This document shows, in pieces, positions 11,715 to 22,699 of a DNA stretch of 32,000 bases. A program made the position numbers and the translations under genes. Below the pieces are notes generated by a model. It saw only the letters and a program-made list of their open reading frames with translations. It did not search any database and was not told the origin of the DNA. Origin of the DNA: Mycobacterium leprae TN (GTDB lineage: Bacteria; Actinomycetota; Actinomycetes; Mycobacteriales; Mycobacteriaceae); contig NC_002677.1 in assembly GCF_000195855.1 (NCBI RefSeq), positions 2,760,001 through 2,792,000 of the forward strand, read 5' to 3'. The first letter of the stretch is position 1. Every line of letters starts with the position of its first letter.

Positions 11715-12715
11715 AACTCCGGTGGCTAACGTGCCTCAGTCGACCCGTCTAATTCCCTATACTGAGCAAGTGCCAAACAGATATCGCGTCATGCAATGGG
11801 AGCACCGGCAACGTCGACAAAAGTTCGCTGAAATCGACCGTCATCAACCGCGCGTTGGAACTGGTCGGGGGTTATTCCTAGTCGCCCAGAGAAAGCTGGC
11901 TGCGACGCGGGCGAACTAATCAGCATGCCGCCGCTGGGTAGTGACCACCACCGACGATGTCGACCCGCTGTTCGCCCTCAAACCGGACTGCGTGGTGTAC
12001 CACCCGAAGTAAATCGACGTCGACAAGTTAGTCCGCATCCTGCCCACCGAAACCAACATGGTGACTACGGCGTTTTTCATTACCGGGCACGATGTGGTCG
12101 GCGACGGTATGCAACCGAGTTGACAAAGTCACCCTAAAATAGGGTTGCGGACAACGCTTTCTATGGTTCACCAGCGACCAGACCAAGAAGCCCGTGGGGA
12201 TTTAGCTAGCCGATCAATCACTCACAGTTGCCCTCGATTACTGTGCAGGGCACGACCACGTTCGGCTAAGCTGTACGGCTGGTGACCGACACGCTCGGCG
12301 CCGAACTAGACGAGATGCATTGCGTGGCCGAGTATGCTCAAACCACAACCGATCTCGAGCTGGGATCCTTGTACGATTGCAGCGGGATGCCTGGCCGGTA
12401 TCTACGCAACCTGGCAGGGAATAGCTAGTGGCAAATCTGTGGTGGAGCTCAACGTCCGGTGGTGCAAGGTAGACGCACTCTAGCCATACTGAATAACAAA
12501 AATCAAAAAGGTCGGGTCATTCAGATCGACGGGCAACCGCCGGTAACCATCACGGTCGGCTTTCTGCCGCCGTACCTCCAGACTGAGACCACCGCCGACT
12601 TTGATGGTGCTCGGGTACATCATGACGGTAATATCCACTATTAACGTGATTCTCGTACGGCGCTGCCACAACACCCGGCATCGCTACATACACCAACCTA
12701 TCACTGGAACTTACC
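11715..12715 (+). pseudogene. NAD(P)-dependent dehydrogenase pseudogene with DapB-like N-terminal domain
   Basis: Pieces in shifting frames: YRVMQW/STGNVDKSSLKS/ALELVGGYS; VVTTTDDVDPLFALKPDCVVYHPK; DKLVRILPTETNMVTTAVFFITGHDVVGDGM; AELDEMHCVAEYAQTTTDLELGS; VIQIDGQPPVTITVGFLPPYLQTETTADF; VLGYIMTVISTINVI. Multiple stops/frameshifts. Confidence 0.72.
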
Positions 12716-14159
12716 GCGCAGGTTGGTGGCAAACAGCTAGCCCACAACCCCCACGGGCCTACGCATCCCCTGGCACTGCCGTGTCCAGGGCTGGGTTCCC
12801 AGGGCCGAACGGGCTTGTAGATCGAATCAAGCGGCGGTACCTCGCGCGGGTCTTGATGGCGGGCAGCCACGATTGCTTTACACAGCGTACCGGCCAAACC
12901 CGCTAATAACTCCATGTCGAAAAACCGTTGTGTCACAAACCGGTTGTGTATGTAACCGAACGAACTGCGGGTTTCAGGATCCGCCCATCCGAGGGTCCAT
13001 CCTAGCCTTAGGTAACCAAATCCTTTGATTAAGAACAAAATCGAAGATATGACGCCAGAGAAGTACACCCGCTCACAAGGCACTCGAAAACGGCAGAACG
13101 GTCCCTTTTCGGTGTTATGCAGTTAAACAACGGATTGCGCAGGTTCAGCTAAGACGACATCATAATCTGGATCGGCGAGTCGGCAGGAAGGCGACCAAAA
13201 TGCACGCCGTGGGTGCTGAGCAAGTACGCGACCTCCTCGCAGATTAGCTGGCACATGCCTTTGCCGGTCACCGCTCGTGCCGAACCAGACAGCAACTACC
13301 CTATAGTCAGCTGCATACTGCACTTGAATCCCCTACAGAGATCGACCTCCACAACGACGAGGCGCTGCTCCATACAGAGATGTTGCATAACCTCCGTCTT
13401 AGTTAAGCCTCGCAGATGCGACAACCCGGATCGATGCCGCAAGTACATTGCGAACCGTGATGTCAGCCCCCCCGTGGGCCACGAACCCCGGCCAGACGTA
13501 GCAAACTGGCTGGTCATTAGGATAACAATCCGCGGTCGTCCAACCGATGCATCACCGTCGACGAGACATCCTTGGCCGACGAAAAACCATTGCTCCGGTG
13601 TCGGGCCGGTTCAAAGCTCAGTGCTGATACCGATCGCGGCGAATACCTCTCCCAGACGTCAACGATAGGCGGCCGACCGTCAATGTAAATATTGTAGGGT
13701 TCCGACACCAAGCCACTGCCCTGAAAACAGGTGCAAACAGTTGCGCGAACAACTTGATGACGTTTGCGACATGTGGTTCTGCAACACCGGACACATTGCG
13801 CGGTAAGCCATCGCCGGTGACTAGGAGACGCTTCCGGTGTCACTGCGCTGCGTAGCCCCGCGCTCTCAACCGAGCCACCGTGAGAACGGTATGTACCCGA
13901 CCTGATGCCATCCCGAGAATAACGGGTTATCAGTAACTACCATGCGCAACTTGGATTTAGTTTGACGATTACCCGACGGGTGTCCAGCTGAAGCGAGCTA
14001 GATCAGCCAAAGCCCAGTGACACCGGCCAGAAAATAACACAATTAACATCACAATAGCTGATTTCAATTGTGATAAGATTACGAATCGACGTGATGAGAT
14101 AGATGTGGACGTCATCAATTTGATCGGCATCAATTGGATGCTGCGGGATTACGGTGGCA

Positions 14160-14765
14160 ATGGACGTCGCAGCCGGTTGTGGCCACTTGAGAACTGCTGA
14201 GTGTGCCTGCGCCAACAGCGACTGGCGACCCTTTGTCCCGAAGGTCGATGTGGTGTTCGCTAGCCAAACCGATGAGCCACCTGGCATTGGCAGCGTAGGA
14301 GGGCCTTGCATGGATTCACTGCACAACCAGGCTGGGCCCAGGTAAATTATTGTAGTATACTCTGGTAGAGTACCTCACCAGTAGCGACTTCGGGAACAGT
14401 GATTTCCCCATCACGGTCACCGACGGAATTCGTGACGTGAGCTCTCAGATCGAGTACATGACAGCGAGTTGCCCCCAAGACCAAGAAGATGCTGGGCGTA
14501 TATTCTAAAAGCGTAGCCGCGGCTGGGTATGTCACCTCGGCTGTCATCCCACCGGCAATATCTGCCGCCGCGGTGCCGCCAGAGATAGCAAGCTACGTCG
14601 CCGCGGTCATGCTTTCCGGCACACCTTCGGATCATTTCCTACAGCAATACAACGCTCCGCCGATCGCCATCGGCCCGCTGTATCAGCCCAAAACCTTCAA
14701 GTTGTGCGCTGGAGGCGATGCGCTTTGCGGTGATGGCAACAGTCCTTCCGCGCACGCACTCTAAC
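14160..14765 (+). pseudogene. cutinase-family (CULP) pseudogene
   Basis: FVPKVDVVFASQTDEPPGIGSVGGPCMDSLHNQ in one frame; middle part TVTDGIRDVSSQIEYMTASCP; then MLGVYSKSVAAAGYVTSAVIPPAISAAAVPPEIASYVAAVMLSGTPSDHFLQQYNAPPIAIGPLYQPKTFKLCAGGDALCGDGNSPSAHAL in another frame. Confidence 0.8.
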
Positions 14766-15454
14766 TTAGTAGACAGCATGGTAGGCCAGGCTGCGGACTA
14801 CATCGCAAATCACCTGTAAATTACAATTCCGTTTCTCTACAAAGCAATTCACGCCGTTGCTGTAGCACTCGAGCAAGTAGTGTCGTTGGGCGACATATTG
14901 GCCAACTACCTAGCCTTCGAAGCAGCTAGACGTTATCGAGTCGGCCCAGGAGGTTGCGCGTACTCCTCACCAAATGGCCCACTAGGGGGCGAATTCTTGA
15001 GCCAGTTCCTGAACCGATGAAGCCGATTAATCACAATGCCGATCCCCAGGAGTACCAGTATCGTCACCACAATTGCGGTGGTCACGCATTCCATGCGTGA
15101 CAGGCCGAAACCTCGGTGGTTGTCTTTGGTTGCCCGCAAGTCAATAAAAGTGAAACGACTTTATGTTGGCCGATTCAGGCGGAGCTACCCTCGTCACACT
15201 TCATGAACCAGTGGCACTGCCACCACGTACATCAATTCGTCCAGCGATTTTCCCTTCACCACCACCTAGCCCGATAAAACCCCCTCAAAATAATGCCGGC
15301 GGCCATCTGTACTTTTACAGACCGTGCGCACCAACGCTGCGTCTCCCCCTACTCCCCTACTCATGCGCCGGTTGTGGACCCAGAACCAGGAAGAAGCAGC
15401 AGACCACGACATCACCACAGGAACTCCACTTCGTCGACGCCGTCAGTCCTCACT

Positions 15455-18400
15455 CACGATGGTGCTACTGGTAGTGGCTTCGGCGCCTTCCTCACGTTTC
15501 TAGACTCCGCCATCGTCAACGTCGCGTTTCCCGACATTCAGTGGTACTTCCATAGCAGCCATCAACAACCCGTCACGGGTGCTCAATGCCTACAACATCG
15601 GCTTCGCTGCATTCTTTGGTGGCCGCGGGTAAGCGCAGTGATCTAGCTGGGACACCGACGGTTGTTCATATCCGGTGTGGTGTTATTCACAGTAGCTTCT
15701 AGCCTGTGCACCGTCGGGCAGCTGATTGCATGTCAGGTGCTGCACGGTATTTGCGCAGCGATTCCGGTACCGGCATCGCTCGAGCTAGTCGTCGAGGCCT
15801 TCGAAGCTAATCGACGCGCACATGGGGTAAACATAGGGGCGTGGTGGGAGCCTATTTGCCGCGGGCCTCAATTCGCCGGTGGGCGGTGCCCTAGTTGAGG
15901 CGCTAAAGTAGCTGGTGAGTGGTCCTGGACAATCTTCCGTTGGGCGTTGCTACCTTGCTGGCTGGTCGACATCTGCTGGTGGAGAGCCGAGCCGTTGGAC
16001 AGCGCCGGGTGCCCGCTTTGCGTGGCGCAGCACTAGTTAGACATAGCGCTGGTCCTGCTCACCCTGACCTTGAGGTTGGTCAAGGACAAAGACTTAATTA
16101 AGCTAAGTTTACCAGACGATCGGGATTTTGGTAGCAGCGACGATCGCAATGGTTGAATTTGTGATGAACTCGCGATACCCACCCGGCACCGCTGATTCAC
16201 CCCGCGTTATTGCGTATACGACCGTTCGCGGACGGCAGCGTGCTCACCCACCATAGGCTGCGTTGGCTTCTACGGGCCTGTCTGCTGACACACGTGCTGT
16301 TTCTGAAAACTACGTCTGGGGCTACTCGCTGCTGCTTCCCGGCCTTGCCGTGGCCCTCGCCAAATTTTCGCTGCTGCGGCTGCGGGGGCTGCATACTGGG
16401 CCGCGTCAACGACCGGCATGGGTATAGCCTGGTCATCCACTGGCGGGGCGCTGTTTTGGGCTGCTCTGGGTACCTAGAATAGGTAGGGTCCAAGTCCGAC
16501 TTCCTCGGTGAAAAGTTGACCGGACAGATATTGCAGGTAATCGGGGGGCGCCACGTCCCCACTGCTGAGCAGCGCCTATCTAGCTGGGCTGTCCGCATAA
16601 GGCAAATATATGCCACCGCCTCGGTCGTGATCGTCAGCATCCGCACCGTTATTGACGTCGCGCCGGCGTCGATGGCGGCCTGCAACTTGACCAACTAGGC
16701 TACTGCGCCGCGGGTGGGCCGATGGTTACAATCTGGCTTGTCGCAGTTGTCGTAGAGGCAGTGTTGCTGGGTCACGTCCTCCCTACCCGCGTGCGCGGAG
16801 GTAGTTTAGCCCCAGCCCCGCGCAGTCAGTCGATCCCCCCGATCAAGGACCGGGCAACCATCAATGGTGTCCGTGGCCTGAGCCGGCGCAGCCGGCTTAC
16901 TACCACGTCGACGTGCTGGGGCTCCGTCGGTGTTTTCCAAGTTAAACTCGATCATCCTGGCACAACTACGAGACCACGGCGAGCAGGTAGAGCTAAATTC
17001 TGTTCCACGCTGGCGATGCATCCGATGCGCTTTAAGTGATGCAGAACGGACGCCTACAGGTGCTCGGCGTGGTCACGGAGCTGGGGCCACGGCGCTGTGG
17101 TCGGCGAGCGCGAGTTGTTGATCAGCGCGCCGTGCTAGGAATCGGTTCGAGCCGTGCGCGACTTGTCCCTCGCCCGACTGGCCAACGCCGAACTCTACAA
17201 GATCGCCGGCGGCCACGTACTTGGAGACACTGGTGCAAGTGCCCGCTCAACGACAACACCAGACTCCGCGAGCGGCCTTCCAGACAACGCCCGAGACGGT
17301 AATCTCGACCATCGACGCCTGCACCAACACGCCGGTAGCAATGGTGGCCACCGAACTTTGCGCGGCATCGTTAAGCCGGTTAAAGGTAATAGCTCTCTAG
17401 CAACGTCGACCGCAACGGGCTGGAAAGCGACAATCAGACCACGGATCGGGTGATGTTGCAGGCGGCCGCCCATGCCCCAGAGTAGCGGGACTTCTATTTG
17501 CTATTTGCGGCATTGCCGATCGGGTAGTGCTTGGTTGCGGGTACCCCAGTCCCGCCTGCACAACCGTTGCCGGCAACAGTAGAGGGTGCCTCTTCTGATG
17601 CTGGCCGGACGCCCCACTGACCAAGAGCAACCGGTACACGTGGGAGCAACTTGATCACGCTGCGGTCGATGCATGTGGTCCGCCGCGGTAGCTACACCAA
17701 CGACCTGCACCCACTCGCCACCCGGCCGGTCGATCTCGTCCTTAACCGGTAACAGCGCGCGGCGCGTGTGCCCACCTAAGCGTGCTGGAGAAGCTTGGAA
17801 GCGGCCAAGATCACGGTCGACCAGGTTCACTGGCAACCAGCATGGGGCGATCGTCGCTAGGCAAGCAGCTTGCGGTTTGGATGCTGCTGTGTATGCGTAC
17901 ATAATACATATACGCATGCTCGATACATATACGCATGCTCGCGTGCGTAAAATTCACAGCGACTACACCCTGCCGAGCAAGAGGCTCGTCCGCAGGAAAC
18001 GTACCATGACCACCTTGTTCAGCGCTTTTGGAGAGCAGCTGATCGAGAAGCTGCCGAAACAGTTCCGCTTGATCAGCGTGGATCCGCTAGCACAACAGAC
18101 CGTTGTGCATCGCCGAGGTAAGCTCGCCGACGTCCTCGCCTGTGCACTGCGGCTACCGTTGCTGTACGCATTAATGGTCTATAATGGCACAATCGGCTGA
18201 GGCATGGCTGGATAATGGGTCCGTCAACACGCTGGCAGGGTTAGAGGGCCCACTAATTGCAGTAAGCGTGACACCGGAGCCAACTCAAGGCTCCAACTTC
18301 CAGCAGCAAAAACATACAGACAGTCAACTGTGCCCAGCCTCAACGACACCCTGCTGTGCAACCATGACGATCAGTGGGGCGATGTCGACGACAGCAGCGC

Positions 18401-18545
18401 TGACGCAGGACGACGCTGTTATCAAGCCCATCCAGTAAGCATCGGCTTTATGGAGTACTTCCAGAGCGACCACGCCCCCGAGGCGGGACGGATCGCGGGC
18501 GTGGAAACGTCGCCACAAAATCGTGCTGCTAATACAGCGCTCCCT
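15455..18545 (+). pseudogene. MFS (DHA2-like) transporter / cyclic-nucleotide-binding / patatin fusion pseudogene, Rv3728/Rv3239c type
   Basis: MFS pieces: GFGAFLTFLDSAIVNVAFPDIQWYF, LFISGVVLFTVASSLCTVGQLIACQVLHGICAAIPVPASLELVVEAFEANRRAHGVNI, DNLPLGVATLLAGRHLLVESRAVGQRRVPALRG. Patatin pieces: FGEQLIEKLPKQFRLISVDPLAQQTVVHRRGKLADVLACALRLPLLYALMVYNGTI, LDNGSVNTLAGLEGPLIAVSVTP. Central cNMP domain inferred from family architecture only. Confidence 0.7.
17904..17941. repeat. perfect 2-copy tandem repeat of ATACATATACGCATGCTCG (19 bp)
   Basis: Read directly: 17904-17922 and 17923-17941 are identical. Confidence 0.95.
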
Positions 18546-18589
18546 TCGAAGCCAAAGAATTTCCCGATGTCGCAGTGGGAATTACGCTA

Positions 18590-19476
18590 GTCCACATAAG
18601 CCGAGCTCCCTCGCGTCTGAGCCCGGAGCCACAACAGCCACACGTCGCTAGCAGGCCAAATCCCCATCAACCGGCGCTAAAGCCAACCACTCAATCGCGG
18701 CCTCAGCTTCGGTCAAGTCATTATCGGCACCACGATACGATCGAACAGGGTCTCCACCAACACACCTGTCGCGGGAATGCCCCAGCTAAATAGGGCAATC
18801 CTCGCGGACCAACTGATCGGTGGCAGTGTGGATAAACCTGTACGAGGTCATCGCTATACCGAAGCCGAACCCTCTCCCACGCCAAGTACGTACCGACCAC
18901 CACAGGTAACCCGGCCGGGCTGTGGCCCTGGTGCACAAGTATGTCCTCGATCTCAGTCAGTACCTTCGCCCCGCGGTTACGGTCGGCATCAGCTGGGCAA
19001 TGCAACAACGTAATGCACATACAGTATCCGAGCCAAGGACCATGCCAAATAGTTATTGTACCGCTCGGCGTTCTGCAGGGCATCTTCAAATCTCACGCAA
19101 AACCTGATCATCGATGACCAGCACATCGCCCCGGCATACCTCAGCCGTAGACGTGGGACAACGTATCTGCGCTACGGACCATGGCCAGCCCCTGCCGTAG
19201 GTCGTCGTAGCCACCCAAGATGACCTAGAAAGCAACGCACCTCGGCACACATAGTCAAAGGCAAGCAGCTAACAAGGATCCGATGAACACGTTGCCCTTG
19301 GTTGGATCACCATCGACCACACCGGCCACCCTAGTTGACCACCACAGCACGTCAGGCCACTCGGCGCACTCAACCCTTTGCATAAATCTGTTGCCATCAG
19401 GACAGCCCCACAATCCAGAATCCGCTCCTCGAGCAACTCAATGATGGCCATTGGCTGCAGAAGCCAACTACGACGC
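18590..19476 (-). pseudogene. decayed C-terminal (TPR-like helical) extension of the upstream cyclase/ATPase
   Basis: Minus-strand fragments in shifted frames: VVDGDPTKGNVFIGSLLAACL; VLTEIEDILVHQGHSPAGLPVVVGTYLAWERVRLRYSDD; LTEAEAAIEWLALAPVDGDLA. These resemble the C-terminal region of mycobacterial adenylate cyclase/AAA proteins. Confidence 0.65.
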
Positions 19477-21675
19477 CTAGTGCAACCGGTCCTGATACAC
19501 GTGGTCGATCGCCGGCCCCACCGTGGCCACGGCCAGCGGAGCCTTGTCCCCAGTGGCGTTGCACAGCTGACGCACTTCATCAAAACCGGAGCTAGAATTG
19601 AAACGCCCTCGCCAAGCGATGCCACACAACCTGGTTCGAGGAGCAATGCACATCGCAGCTCGGTGCGGATCTTCGGCAGTTAGTGCGTCAGCGATCTTTG
19701 TGGCGTGTTCCCAACTCACTCGCGCCGCGCGGACGTCCTGATTAGTGGCCCATGCTGCGGCGCGCATGTGCCAGCCGTACGCGGCGTGCAAATCACCGGC
19801 GGCCTCCAAATGCTCGGCAATCAGCACCGCGTGCTGATCGACCGAGTGTGGGGCACGCGCTTCGATCGCAGCGGCCAGCCGCCGATGCAACCGGGCCCGA
19901 TCGGATTTCAGTTGTGATTCGTAGGCTACGGTACGAATCAGCGGATGCCGAAACGCATACTCGACGGGCGCGGTAAACCGCACCTGGTCGACGAGGTTGG
20001 CATCGATCAGTTCATCGACGCTAAGATCGATTCCCAAGCTGGCCAGCAGATCGGAGCCGAAGCGAAACCCGATAACTGCCGCGGCAACAAGCAGCTGTTT
20101 GGCAGGCGGACTAAGACGGTCGATGCGGGCAGCTATAGTCGCCTGCAGGGTAGCTGGCACGCAGACTTCGGCCACATCAGTGCTGCAAGCGTACCGGCCG
20201 CGCTCACCTGTCAGAACACCACGTTCAGCGAGCTCTCGAGTGATCTCCTGGGCAAAGAAGGGATTACCTGCCGCGCGCTCGGTGATAAGTTCGCCGATCT
20301 GGGTAACGGATTGATCGAGACCTAACAGCTCAGCAACCAGCGTTGAGGTCTCAACATCGCTCAGGGGTGCGACAGCAATGATCTGTGCTCCAACAACATG
20401 GCGCAAGGCTCCGTGGTACTCGGGGCGATATGTGACCAGTGCCATCGACCGGGTTTGAGGTATCACCGCCAAAAAGTCGGCCAGCATGGAGTCGCTGACC
20501 TCGTCAATCCAGTGAACATCCTCCACCACAAAGACCGCTGGTCGGCTCAAGGCCAACTGGGCGACGTTGATCAGCGCAGTCAACCGCCGCCGCCGCGCAT
20601 CCGGGTCTAGCCTGGGCAGCTCCACCGCGGGATCGGCAATGCCCAACAAGTCGTCAAGGAGCAAAAGATCCTGCGTATCGGCGTCAGGAATCTGCTCCCG
20701 CACACGGGCCCGCGCACTGCGATCATCGAGACCGCTGATCTGCGCCACGGCACGCACCAGCTGGGCCACCACATCGAACGCGACATCGGTGGCGTGCGAT
20801 TCACAGAAAACGGAAAACACCTCGACTTCAAGACCTTTCGCGAGCTGCACAGCTTCGGCGACGAGTCGTGTCTTCCCTATGCCAGCAGGACCAACCAGCC
20901 CCACCACCGAGCCCCGCCCACCGATCGATCGATCGAGCATCGCCGCCAGCGTGGCCAATTCCCACTCGCGACCCACCAACGTCGACTCCGAGAACCACGT
21001 CGGCTGGCGCGGCTCGGCTACGCGTAGCAGTCGCCGCGCAGGCACCGCATCCTCGGCGCCCTTGATGCGCACCGTCTGCGGTGCACCCAACACTGCGGTC
21101 TGCTCCACCAGCCGTGCGGTGGATTCGCTGAGCATCACCACGCCCGGCGGCGCAACCGACTCCATCCTCTGGGCCATCCCCACCTGCACACCAACAGCGG
21201 TGTACCCCAAAGCGCTAGAACCAATTTCACCAACAATAACCTGACCGGAATTCAGGCCCACCCGCAGCTGAAGATCAACACCGTCACGATCACCAACCTC
21301 GGCCGCCAGCCGCCTAGCCTTTTCTTGGACACCAAGCGCGGCTAAACACGCGCGCAACGCATGATCCTCCAACGCCGTCGGCGCACCAAAGATAGCCATG
21401 ATGCCGTCGCCAGTGAACTTGTCCACCGTGCCGCCATAACGCTCGATCACCCCCGCGGCGCGGCTGACCAGCTCGGTCATGATTTCGCGCAGCCGTTCCA
21501 AACCGACCGCTGCCGCGATATCCATCGAACCCACCACGTCGGCGAACAAAACCGTCACCTGCTTGTACTCTGCGGGTGTTTCGGCCTCGACAACCGGTGA
21601 GCCGCACTCATCGCAGAACTTCGCGATCGACCGCAATTCTGCGCCGCACGCCACGCAGACCAACGCCGTCGTCAT
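19477..21675 (-). CDS. zinc ribbon - class III adenylate/guanylate cyclase - AAA ATPase protein, C-terminally truncated
   Basis: ORF open to 21840; likely start MTTALVCVACGAELRSIAKFCDECG at 21675. Cyclase VTVLFADVVGSMD, VDKFTGDGIMAIFGAP; ATPase Walker A GLVGPAGIGKTRL; VFVVEDVHWID Walker B. Confidence 0.85.
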   Translation of the reverse strand: MTTALVCVACGAELRSIAKFCDECGSPVVEAETPAEYKQVTVLFADVVGSMDIAAAVGLERLREIMTELVSRAAGVIERYGGTVDKFTGDGIMAIFGAPTALEDHALRACLAALGVQEKARRLAAEVGDRDGVDLQLRVGLNSGQVIVGEIGSSALGYTAVGVQVGMAQRMESVAPPGVVMLSESTARLVEQTAVLGAPQTVRIKGAEDAVPARRLLRVAEPRQPTWFSESTLVGREWELATLAAMLDRSIGGRGSVVGLVGPAGIGKTRLVAEAVQLAKGLEVEVFSVFCESHATDVAFDVVAQLVRAVAQISGLDDRSARARVREQIPDADTQDLLLLDDLLGIADPAVELPRLDPDARRRRLTALINVAQLALSRPAVFVVEDVHWIDEVSDSMLADFLAVIPQTRSMALVTYRPEYHGALRHVVGAQIIAVAPLSDVETSTLVAELLGLDQSVTQIGELITERAAGNPFFAQEITRELAERGVLTGERGRYACSTDVAEVCVPATLQATIAARIDRLSPPAKQLLVAAAVIGFRFGSDLLASLGIDLSVDELIDANLVDQVRFTAPVEYAFRHPLIRTVAYESQLKSDRARLHRRLAAAIEARAPHSVDQHAVLIAEHLEAAGDLHAAYGWHMRAAAWATNQDVRAARVSWEHATKIADALTAEDPHRAAMCIAPRTRLCGIAWRGRFNSSSGFDEVRQLCNATGDKAPLAVATVGPAIDHVYQDRLH

Positions 21676-22084
21676 CCGCCTGTCCGCCCCGCACGGTCCC
21701 AGAGTTTTCGTATTATCCCAGGGCAACGCACCAAACGCCGGACATTGACGCTGTTCATGGTCAGTTAGCGCAATTAGGCGTCTACGCCCACGGCGGGCCA
21801 GTATCTCGGCCGTGTCAAGCCATGCATCTATCTCGCTCATGCCAGCCAGCCTGCGGCCACCACAGGGAACAAATCATCAGCAGAAACACGTAAACCAGCC
21901 GACTTCCTACGCAGATTTCTACCACATCAAGTTTGTTTGGTACCAGATTTTCGATTAATAGCCGGCTCGGCTGTACCCGTTCGGACTCGCCTGACATCTT
22001 CGGATGTTTTGGCAAATATGGCAGCCTCCCAGTCCGCGTTCTACGTCGGCGGCGACCATACTCTAACAGCGGAGCAATCGACTA

Positions 22085-22420
22085 GATCAACATCATCTAT
22101 GCCGGCCCACGGGTCGTACCGGCCATGCACCAGATCGGGTACCATCGCCATGGTGTAGCCATCCGGGTCGGCTACAGCCAGCTCGTCCCAGGTCAACGGG
22201 ATCGACACGGTCACGACCTAGGTGAGCCGCTCCGAATACGACGACGCCATGGTGCGGTTGCGAGCGTTCCGGCTGAAGTCCACGAAAGAGCCGCGCGCCC
22301 CATTCTTGTTTCATACCACTTACGTGGTCACCGCTTGTGGTGCGCGGCGCTCTACTTCGCGTACCAGCGTGATTACCGCCCGACACACAATCGATGAAGT
22401 CCTAATCAGTGGAAATTCGC
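22085..22420 (-). pseudogene. LigD-type polymerase domain pseudogene (Rv3730c-like)
   Basis: Minus-strand frames: VDFSRNARNRTMASSYSERLT*VVTVSIPLTWDELAVADPDGYTMAMVPDLVHGRYDPWAGID, resembling the conserved VDYxQNxRxRTxAxxYSxRxxPxAPVSxPLxWDEL block. Confidence 0.65.
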
Positions 22421-22699
22421 AGGAAAACATGACCGGGTACCCCACATGCCTCTGGGGTACCCGGTCAAACCAAGCTACGCCAAGCACCAGGAGCAACACA
22501 TCGACATCGAGCGCACGCCTGTTTGAAGTCGGTGTCGGGATGCAGATTCCAGTCGATTCGCAGGTTCGTCGGAATGCTCAGAGTCAGGATAGCACACATT
22601 CCACTAGTACACTGTGATCGTACCCATCACACCGCCCACACAATAGCCGCGAGATAAATCTACCTTCAGCGTATCTACGGTTCGCCACGACGGGAGCGT

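Noticed and set aside
14003-14326. 107-aa minus-strand ORF
   Set aside because: Largely antisense to the recognisable cutinase N-terminal relic.
20567-21748. Plus-strand ORFs, including a 225-aa frame, opposite the cyclase gene
   Set aside because: Antisense to a recognisable cyclase/ATPase with no family motifs of their own.
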